Virus record (IMG/VR): IMGVR_UViG_3300037255_000025 | Span: 64,001 to 128,000 of that record | Direction: 5' to 3' (one strand) | Length of the DNA: 64,000 bases | Origin: a virus | Lineage: Duplodnaviria > Caudoviricetes | Part shown: positions 57,016 through 64,000 of the stretch, piece after piece | Layout: every line of letters starts with the position of its first letter | How positions within the stretch are numbered: the first letter of the stretch is position 1 | Program-made: the position numbers and the translations under genes | The notes under the pieces: generated by a model | What the model was told of the DNA's origin: nothing | Databases searched by the model: none | What the model saw: the letters and a program-made list of their open reading frames with translations, nothing else

Positions 57016-57924
57016 TCAGGCCGGGACGTAGCTGACGCGGACCTGGACGGGGTTCTCGCCCAGCATCGCGACCTTGCCGTCGAAGATGTACGGGACGCTG
57101 TAGAATGTGTCCTGGTAGCAGTACACGACCGAGTCGACGTAAACCTCGCGGGGCCACGGTCCCTCGCCGCACATGTTCCCGGTCTCGGGCTTCGGCGGGT
57201 ACCGGAGGTTGAGCGCGGCGCGGATCGCTCGCTCGACGGTGTCGAACGAGGGCCCGACGGCCTTGGCGACGCCGCGCATGTCGAGCGCCTGGTCTTGCTT
57301 GGTGACCTCGCGGACCGGGACCACGCCACCCTCGACCTTCCCGCGGTCGGTCGGCTCGGGCTCCTTGGTCTGCGCCCGGACGTCGTCGCCCGTGCTTCCC
57401 TTCTGAGCCTTGGCCTTCTCGGATTCTTCCTCCTTGGCGATCTTCGCGGCCTTCTCGATGGCATCGTCGCGGCGCGAAGGGTGGCCCTTGAACGCCGCCG
57501 CGAGGTCCTGGGGCCACGCCTTCGCAGAGGCTTCGAGCGCGGCCTTGGCCGCCATCTCGACCTCGGTCGAGTCCCCGCCGTCGTCGTCTTTCTTGGCGGG
57601 CGCGGGCGGCGCCTTCATCTTGCCCACGAGGTCGAGCGCGGCCTTGGCGGCGGCCGAGAGCTTGAGCGGGGTCTGCTCGCCCTGGATGTTGGCGGAGGCG
57701 TTGGGCTTGACCTCGTTGGCGTCCGCGGCGGTCGACGAGTCGTGCGTCGTGGCCCAGGGCATCTCGGTCTTGGCCACCGGGATCAGTTCGTCGCCCCGCC
57801 GGTGCGTGAGGTCCTGTGCCGCCTTCGCGACGGAGCTGTACGTGGCGGTCACCGGGGCAGGCGCGACGCGCTCCCGGAGCCTACGCGCCTTCGCTTCTGC
57901 CGCGACGTCTTCGATGATGGCCAT
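57016..57924 (-). CDS. Putative head/scaffold-associated protein
   Basis: Multiple VAKA/IEKA sites; C-terminal EVYVDSVVY...YSVPY...V domain. Confidence 0.65.
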   Translation of the reverse strand: MAIIEDVAAEAKARRLRERVAPAPVTATYSSVAKAAQDLTHRRGDELIPVAKTEMPWATTHDSSTAADANEVKPNASANIQGEQTPLKLSAAAKAALDLVGKMKAPPAPAKKDDDGGDSTEVEMAAKAALEASAKAWPQDLAAAFKGHPSRRDDAIEKAAKIAKEEESEKAKAQKGSTGDDVRAQTKEPEPTDRGKVEGGVVPVREVTKQDQALDMRGVAKAVGPSFDTVERAIRAALNLRYPPKPETGNMCGEGPWPREVYVDSVVYCYQDTFYSVPYIFDGKVAMLGENPVQVRVSYVPA

Positions 57925-58010
57925 GTCGGGCAGCCTACACGCGCCCGCCTAGGTGTTCAACGTCGTGCTGTCCCGGCGCGCCCGGGCGAGGTAGGCTGCC
58001 CGACATGGCC
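57919..58010. repeat. Perfect 20-bp inverted repeat containing both divergent start codons
   Basis: GGCCATGTCGGGCAGCCTAC (57919-57938) / GTAGGCTGCCCGACATGGCC (57991-58010). Confidence 0.95.
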
Positions 58011-58439
58011 GACGACCCGTACCGTTACGCCGCCCCCACAGGGAACACACCAAAGAAGGACGGCGCCACGGCGTGGTCGGTCGCCGGGCCCCACGGCGAG
58101 GCCTGGATGCGGAGCCTGTCCCCGATCGACGCCACGAACTTCAACGCGACCGGCGCGATCAACACGGTCCCGACGGGCTACTCGACCTATCCCAGCGCCC
58201 CCGGGATCGACCTCGTGGCGCTGAGCAAAGCGCGCAAGAGCGACTCAAATGGCGATGGCACCGGTGTGGGGCGCCGCGCCTCGGGGTTCCTCGCGGCCGA
58301 CAGCACGGGCGGGACCGTCGTGTTTACGACAGGATCGGGCCAGGTTGAGACCTGGGTCGTGCCGGCGGGCGGTGGGGCCTCGGTCGAGATGACGCACCTC
58401 GCCGCATACAGTGGCACGAACCTGATCGTGTTCTGGTGA
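58005..58439 (+). CDS. Putative virion accessory (beta-rich) protein
   Basis: Gly/Thr-rich, ends NLIVFW; heads a fibre-like operon. Confidence 0.6.
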   Translation: MADDPYRYAAPTGNTPKKDGATAWSVAGPHGEAWMRSLSPIDATNFNATGAINTVPTGYSTYPSAPGIDLVALSKARKSDSNGDGTGVGRRASGFLAADSTGGTVVFTTGSGQVETWVVPAGGGASVEMTHLAAYSGTNLIVFW

Positions 58440-59743
58440 GCGCCGCGATGAACCGGCCAACGAAGCTCGCGCGAGGACTCGCGATCCTCGCGCTGGGCCT
58501 CACGATCGGTGCGTGCGGTCAGTGTGGCCCCGCACCGACGCGCGTGGCGTCGACGTCGGAGACCAGCACGAGCGCCGGCAAGCTCGTCGTCCCGGAGGTG
58601 CAGTTCCCGGTGAACGGTCGGAGCCCGTGGCAACCCGGCGGTGTGGAGGGTCCCGGGGGGCCGTCCATCATCGCCTCCGCCAACTTCACCGCGCTGGCGA
58701 CGAGCGGAGGGGTGTTCACCGTGCCCCCGTCGTGGCTGTCGATCTCGTGCGCGACGACGGGCCGAACGGTCCAAACGAGCGCCTCGACGATCGTGTCGGG
58801 AATCGGCGCGAACGCCTGGCGAGCCCGTAACGTCGGTAGCGGGCTTGGTCTATCCGTCGAGTCGAACCGTACCAATTTCGCCACATATGGAGCGTCCGGG
58901 ACCTCGGGGTGGTCCACAAACGGGGCCACGATCACGGCAGCATCCGGGCCAGACGGAACGGCGAATGCTGCCGTCACCGTCGCGTGGACCGCAGGCACGT
59001 CCGTCGCGGGATACGCCGGCGGAGGAGCCTCCAGCAATGCCGTCTCGTTTTGGGAGCGCGACTTGGGCGGGTCTCAGACCATCGGCTTTTTCGACATCCA
59101 AACAGGCTCACCGACGATGGTGCTCAATACCGCGCCGACATGGGCTCGGTACTCGACCTCTGCGTGGGCTGCTATCAGTCCACAAGGGCTGGGTTGGGGC
59201 TCGTGGTCGGGAGCGCCAAATCCAAACGGTTCTGGGACTGTGTGGGGATCGCAAATCGAGACAGGGCTATATCCGTCGAGCGTGATCCCAACGAACGGGT
59301 CTGAGGACATCCGCGCCGCTGACACGCTGAGCACGACGACCGCGATCGCGCCGTCTGGGCGGCTCAACATGACCGAGGTCGTCGCGCCCAACTTCGCGAG
59401 CGGCGAGCAGGGTGTTGACTCGCCGATCCTTTGGTGGAGCTCGACGAATCAGATATACCTCCAGCAGAGCACCGGCAAGGTCGTCGTCGATGTCGGTGGC
59501 TCGCCGGTCCTCACGAGCGCGGCGCTCACGTGGTCGCGCGAGCAGGCGATTACCGTTGCCGTTCACCTCACGCCCTCCGGCGCGCTCTCCCTCACCGTGA
59601 GTGGAGCGACGACGGGCAACGGCACCGTCAACACCACCGGCGTCGGCACCTTCAGCACGGGCGCGACCTCCTATCTGCTCGGTACGTCGAGCGGCGCGCA
59701 AGAATGCGCAGACCTCCGCAGCGTGAGCTTCGCGGCGCCATGA
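58436..59743 (+). CDS. Head-spike/fibre-like beta protein with N-terminal signal/lipobox-like segment
   Basis: GLSVESNRTN, WGSQIETGLYPSSVIPT...RAAD motifs; LALGLTIGAC. Confidence 0.65.
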   Translation: MSAAMNRPTKLARGLAILALGLTIGACGQCGPAPTRVASTSETSTSAGKLVVPEVQFPVNGRSPWQPGGVEGPGGPSIIASANFTALATSGGVFTVPPSWLSISCATTGRTVQTSASTIVSGIGANAWRARNVGSGLGLSVESNRTNFATYGASGTSGWSTNGATITAASGPDGTANAAVTVAWTAGTSVAGYAGGGASSNAVSFWERDLGGSQTIGFFDIQTGSPTMVLNTAPTWARYSTSAWAAISPQGLGWGSWSGAPNPNGSGTVWGSQIETGLYPSSVIPTNGSEDIRAADTLSTTTAIAPSGRLNMTEVVAPNFASGEQGVDSPILWWSSTNQIYLQQSTGKVVVDVGGSPVLTSAALTWSREQAITVAVHLTPSGALSLTVSGATTGNGTVNTTGVGTFSTGATSYLLGTSSGAQECADLRSVSFAAP

Positions 59744-61377
59744 TCATCGACCGATACCCGAAGCTTTCCGCCGCGCTCATGGTGGTCCTCTCGGTTACGT
59801 TGGCCGTATCCATCACGCAGCTCCTCGGACTTCTCGGGCTCGACGCCCGCGCCCCCGCGTACGCGCCTATTGCGCACCCCGTAACGGCACGCGTAACGAC
59901 GTACAGCGACGCCACGGTGGTCGACACGGTCCTGGGGCCGCTGGACGGCGGGTTCCGCACCGGTGACCTCGCGACGCTGGCTCGCGGGTCGACCGGGCTG
60001 TCTGCGTCTACGGTGTTCGCGACCGGGGCCATGACCGCAGGAGACGGCGCGGGAGGAACGTTTATCTGGGCCCCCTCGGCTCCCACGGCCGACGACGGCT
60101 GCACCGTGATCGTGCCAATCGACAGCTCTGGACACCCGTCGCCTGGTGCGTGGGTCCGCCAGTGGTCCGGTCCGATCGACGTGCGCTGGTGTGGCGCAAG
60201 TAGCTTCGGATCCGCCGCCGCAAACACCGTCGCGATCAACAACGCCTACAAGCTCGCCGTGGCGCGACAGAGCGCATACCTCGGCCAGTCCGCGGTGCTC
60301 CTCAGCGGCTCGTTTCGCATCTCCGGGACGATCCTGGTAGGGGCACCGGGTGGCGGTTACACCTCGGTCAGCACGATCGGGGAGGGCAATTTCGCGAGCG
60401 GGCTGCAATGGGATCCGTCTGACGAGGCACTCGACGCCGGTGTGGGCGACGCGGGCACCGATGCCGGCGTCGACGGGTTGCCGGTCGCGCAGAACATCGC
60501 CGTGCTGTATTGGAACAATATCGGCGCGACGATGCGAAATGTTACGATCCAGTATGTCGGCGCGACACCCGCGACAAATTCTGTAGGGCTAGCGTTGTCT
60601 GGCCCGACCGCGTCGATGGATTCGAACCAAGACACCTTCGACACAGTGACCGTGTACGGCTTCGCTACCGACGTGGCCGTTGGTGGCGTCAACACTGCGG
60701 TGGCGGGCCAAGACTGTGCGGCTCAGATCGCCTTCAACGATACCTATCTCGAGGGCGCGACCTATGCCGGAATCCAAGGCGGCGGGGACGGTAACTCTCT
60801 GGAGATCAGCTTCAAAAATGGCGGATTGGCCGGAAACTACATTGGGGCTGCCCTGGGAACAGCGGGGGGTTGGTCATTCGAAGGCGGCGGCAGCAGTGGC
60901 AACACCTTCGCCACCTTCGTTTTCCTAAGCGAGTGGCAAGGTCCGTTCAGCTTGCGAGACTGGCGCTTTGAGATGGCAGCCGGCGAGATCGCGATGAGCG
61001 GCGCGACGCAAGCCACCGTTGACGGCTGCACATTCCAGATGACCGCCGCGCCGACTGGATACAACGTGCCGATCTCGCTGTCTGGATATACGGCTGCCAA
61101 GATCACAATCCGCAACTGCGCCTTCGCCAATAACTTCGGATCCGACTACCCCGAAATCGCGGCCCCGTCGAACACCACAGGGTCGGTTAGCGCGATCGAG
61201 TTCGTCAACAATCGACTCGATAACCCTGCTTCTGTGCCGTTCTTTTTGTACCCAGGTGGCGCATCCAACGGGATGCGCTACTCGATGTGGGGAAACTACC
61301 TCGACGGCGGGAATCAGGGGCTGCACATCGGCACGATCGTCGACGGCGGAATGGTCGACTCGGTGTCGTCACCGTAG
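59740..61377 (+). CDS. Beta-helix (pectate-lyase-like) tailspike/depolymerase-like protein with N-terminal hydrophobic segment
   Basis: GDGAGGTFIW...DDGCTVIVP...W.R; IDVRWCGA...NTVAINNA; N/G-rich beta repeats. Confidence 0.72.
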   Translation: MIIDRYPKLSAALMVVLSVTLAVSITQLLGLLGLDARAPAYAPIAHPVTARVTTYSDATVVDTVLGPLDGGFRTGDLATLARGSTGLSASTVFATGAMTAGDGAGGTFIWAPSAPTADDGCTVIVPIDSSGHPSPGAWVRQWSGPIDVRWCGASSFGSAAANTVAINNAYKLAVARQSAYLGQSAVLLSGSFRISGTILVGAPGGGYTSVSTIGEGNFASGLQWDPSDEALDAGVGDAGTDAGVDGLPVAQNIAVLYWNNIGATMRNVTIQYVGATPATNSVGLALSGPTASMDSNQDTFDTVTVYGFATDVAVGGVNTAVAGQDCAAQIAFNDTYLEGATYAGIQGGGDGNSLEISFKNGGLAGNYIGAALGTAGGWSFEGGGSSGNTFATFVFLSEWQGPFSLRDWRFEMAAGEIAMSGATQATVDGCTFQMTAAPTGYNVPISLSGYTAAKITIRNCAFANNFGSDYPEIAAPSNTTGSVSAIEFVNNRLDNPASVPFFLYPGGASNGMRYSMWGNYLDGGNQGLHIGTIVDGGMVDSVSSP

Positions 61378-61761
61378 CTAGCCGCGGGGCTTGGGCCGCT
61401 CGAGGACCAGTTCCGAGCCGGTCGCGCTCAACGTCCCACCGCACCCGTGGCACTTCACCGACTTGGTCGAGCGCATCGACGTCGGGTGTTCAAAGTCCCG
61501 CACGGCGGGCGTCGGGTTGGTCCGCGAGGGCTCGCCGACGGGCGCGCAGCTCGTCGTCACGCCGGACTCCTCGAGCCCCCAGTCGTCCGCCAGTACCATG
61601 ATGGGCTTGCGGCACCCCGGGCAGCAGACGACGTAGCTGAAAGCCTTGCCCTTGTGGGCCCAGCGGCGTGCATCACCAGGCAGCATCTTCTGGGCACACC
61701 CCCACGGAGGGTACGGGCGGATCAGGGCTCGGACGACCGGTTCGAGCGGGCTCAGTTTCAC
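61378..61761 (-). CDS. Zn-ribbon hypothetical protein
   Basis: CCPGC ... CHGC. Confidence 0.65.
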   Translation of the reverse strand: MKLSPLEPVVRALIRPYPPWGCAQKMLPGDARRWAHKGKAFSYVVCCPGCRKPIMVLADDWGLEESGVTTSCAPVGEPSRTNPTPAVRDFEHPTSMRSTKSVKCHGCGGTLSATGSELVLERPKPRG

Positions 61762-62021
61762 CGTCGACCCGAGCGCGCTGCGCGATAGATATCGACGGCG
61801 GCGTCCGTAGGGTCCGCGTCAAACCAACCGAGGTTTTCTTGGTCCGAAAACAGGACCCCGCGATACCCCTTGGGCGACGCCCGGACCGTGTCACCGATCC
61901 CGACCGCTTCAGTGTGGTACACGACCGCGATGCCTCGCGCGTCCAAGGCAGCCCACGTGTTGGAACCCCGCCAAGGTTTCGCCGGACCCCACGTCGCGCC
62001 AGGTAGGCGGGGGGCCGTCAC
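61758..62021 (-). CDS. Hypothetical protein
   Basis: Overlapping operon. Confidence 0.55.
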   Translation of the reverse strand: MTAPRLPGATWGPAKPWRGSNTWAALDARGIAVVYHTEAVGIGDTVRASPKGYRGVLFSDQENLGWFDADPTDAAVDIYRAARSGRR

Positions 62022-62338
62022 GGCTCCACCATGAGCCGTGCGACCGTTGCGGTCAGTTCAGCCACACGACCGAGCGCGCTGTGTAGCTCCACCCGCAGAC
62101 GCAGCGCCTCTTCCTCCCAGGTTTCGACCCGACCGACACGGCCGTCCTCGAACGTGACCGAGGTCGCGCGGCCCCCGCGGTCGACATCACTGATCGGGTA
62201 GGTCTCGCGCGGCTGCTTGCGGCCGAAGCCTTGGCGTGGCGGGCGTTCGAGCCTGACCTGCGCCGAGGCCGACACGTACTCGGGCAGGGTCGCTAGACCG
62301 CCCTCGTGCCAAACGGGAACGTCGTGGTGCCGACCCAT
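62018..62338 (-). CDS. Hypothetical protein
   Basis: Overlapping operon. Confidence 0.6.
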   Translation of the reverse strand: MGRHHDVPVWHEGGLATLPEYVSASAQVRLERPPRQGFGRKQPRETYPISDVDRGGRATSVTFEDGRVGRVETWEEEALRLRVELHSALGRVAELTATVARLMVEP

Positions 62339-62661
62339 CAGCGCGTCTTCTTTGCGGGCTTCGGCTTCGCCGGCCGCACCGGAACCTGGAGGAAGTCTTT
62401 CACTTCCTTTCGGGTTGCCGCCAACCGCGCGAGCTGTAGCGCTTCGCCGAACCCTCGTGCGTACCCCGCGGCCTCCTCGAGCGTTGCGCCCCCGAAAAAC
62501 ACAGCATCGGGCGAGACTCCCAGGACCACGAGGTGTTCGGACGGACCGTACACGAAGAGGTGGTCGTAGCCGCGTTCGTTCGTCTTCGGTCCGTCGAGGT
62601 AGGGCGAAACCTTCACCCGGTTCAGAAGGCTGTTGAGCGTGTCGTAGTCGCGTGTGTTCAT
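62338..62661 (-). CDS. Hypothetical protein
   Basis: GGGTAAGGGG leader 8 nt before ATG. Confidence 0.65.
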   Translation of the reverse strand: MNTRDYDTLNSLLNRVKVSPYLDGPKTNERGYDHLFVYGPSEHLVVLGVSPDAVFFGGATLEEAAGYARGFGEALQLARLAATRKEVKDFLQVPVRPAKPKPAKKTR

Positions 62662-62692
62662 ACGCGGGCCCCTTACCCGCCGCGGCGCGCGT

Positions 62693-64000
62693 TCATTCGC
62701 CCGAGGGCGTCACCCACTCAAGTAGCTTGGCCACCGAGACCTGGACCTTCGTGATGTTGTGGCGCTTGAAGTAGGCCGCGAGCGCGTCATCACCGCCTGG
62801 CTCGGCCGCGGCTCCACCGGAGCCCACTGAATTGGGGAGCGGCGCGCCCGCGGGGGCTGTCTTGGGTTCCTGGTCGTCGCCGGGCTTGCTCGCCCCCGGC
62901 GGGGGTCCGCCCGGAGGGGCCGAACCGTCGCCGCCAGGCTCTCCCGGTGCCCCCGGAGCGCCGCCCGCGGGGGGTGTGGCCGCGCCTCCGTCGAGGCCCA
63001 TGATGCCCTGGAGCACGAGAGGAAATGGCGCGTCGGCCCAAGGGGTGTCCAGCTTCTTGAACTCCTTGTTGAGCGCTTCGCTCGCGGCGGCCCGGACCTC
63101 GTTGGTCGTCAGGCCCCCGGCGGTCGCCAACTGGGTCACGAGCGTAACCAACTGCGTCGGGTCCGAGGCGGGCGCGGAGTTGGTCTTGAACGTCCAGTAC
63201 CGGATGCCCATGTCGGCCAACACGCGGCGGTTCATCACGTGGTCGAACTGTTCCCGGAGCGGCTCGAAGACCTGCTGCTCCGCGAACTGGAGCACCGCCT
63301 GGGCCTGGGCCCGGTTGACCTCCTGCGATACGCCGCGGAGCAGCTCAGGCAGCCGGAACTGGCTGCCGATCTTGCTCGTCCCGTTCTTCTCGTACTCCTG
63401 GAACAGGGCATCCTTGAGCTGGGCCTCCGTGAGGGGTCGCAGCTCCACCTTGACGCGCGACGCGCTCGACATCGCCTGGGCCGGGTTGGACTCGGCCTCG
63501 ATCAGCAGGACCGAATGGAAGTTGGCGCGGCCCTGGATGGTCTCCTTGAGATGGTTCTTGATGAGGTCCACGGCCCCCGCCTTGAGCGAGCCGCCGCTCA
63601 CGAGGATGGCCATCGGCGGGATGCACTTCTGGTCGAAGTAGCTGAAGTTGATTTCCTCGGACGCGCGCAGCCCCAACACGTTCATCGTCGCCCCGACCCA
63701 GCGCGGGATCCCGTACGGTCCGATGGGGCTGAAGACCGACCACCACAGGATCTCTGTGGCCTCGACCGCTAGCTCGCCCTCCTTGTCCTTCAACTCCTCG
63801 GGCGACGCATAAAAGTTGCCCGTCTTGGCCGACAAGATGCGGGTGTCGCCGAACTCCTTGAAGTACACGGCGATCAACCCGTTCACCAACTGCACGAACG
63901 TCCTGAAGCGCCGCGGGACCGGTACGGTCGTGTACTTCAACGGGCTCATCTTCTGGGGCGTGTCGACCAGCACGTGCTCGATGTGGATCGGACGCAGCCG
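62693..64000 (-). CDS. Portal protein (PBSX/HK97-like), N-terminus beyond the window
   Basis: YFKEFGD, YGIPRW, NFSYFD, DALFQEY, FRLPELLRG, NRA, FEPL, LTTNEVR. Confidence 0.88.
   Translation of the reverse strand, partial: RLRPIHIEHVLVDTPQKMSPLKYTTVPVPRRFRTFVQLVNGLIAVYFKEFGDTRILSAKTGNFYASPEELKDKEGELAVEATEILWWSVFSPIGPYGIPRWVGATMNVLGLRASEEINFSYFDQKCIPPMAILVSGGSLKAGAVDLIKNHLKETIQGRANFHSVLLIEAESNPAQAMSSASRVKVELRPLTEAQLKDALFQEYEKNGTSKIGSQFRLPELLRGVSQEVNRAQAQAVLQFAEQQVFEPLREQFDHVMNRRVLADMGIRYWTFKTNSAPASDPTQLVTLVTQLATAGGLTTNEVRAAASEALNKEFKKLDTPWADAPFPLVLQGIMGLDGGAATPPAGGAPGAPGEPGGDGSAPPGGPPPGASKPGDDQEPKTAPAGAPLPNSVGSGGAAAEPGGDDALAAYFKRHNITKVQVSVAKLLEWVTPSGE

Noticed and set aside
1-64000. tRNA/rRNA genes, stop-codon recoding, base hypermodification cluster
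   Set aside because: No cloverleaf or rRNA seen by eye; core genes are intact in the standard code; nucleotide genes fit ordinary dTTP supply

Overview
A GC-rich (by eye ~70%) segment of a large tailed dsDNA phage genome. The host is unknown; Myxococcota is a weak guess from DAG-type low-complexity motifs. From 1 to ~50.5 kb genes are almost all on the + strand. The early block (0-10 kb) holds an ADP-ribosylglycohydrolase, a MoxR AAA ATPase with a vWA/HExxH partner, and sigma-like and LexA-like regulators, behind a repeated TCTCTTCTAAnACTTGC promoter. The replication/recombination block holds an SF2 helicase, an initiator with a GATC-rich putative origin, DnaB, primase, UDG-PolA, UvsY-like, gp32-like SSB, SbcD/SbcC, an MTase-helicase fusion and a 5'-3' exonuclease. 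Nucleotide metabolism genes are NT5C, ThyX, a kinase and Dcd. From 43.4 to 48.8 kb there is an array of ~11 small paralogs sharing a C-terminal 'VPLADELLEREA' helix, with two more copies elsewhere. From 50.5 kb genes are mostly on the - strand and concern head morphogenesis: portal, a polyprotein ending in an XkdF-like protease, Dps and an HNH. Selfish elements are four inteins, an IsrB OMEGA element and a transposase-less TnpB. Most notable: (i) an orphan copy of the TnpB omegaRNA region at 21.1-21.3 kb whose predicted guide begins with the phage's own recurrent GGG-TAAGG upstream motif; (ii) the cassette-like array of small proteins with a constant tail; (iii) a probable self-cleaving head polyprotein and shared RDxxG(R/K)F tags. 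All calls come from motif recognition by eye; no database searches were run.
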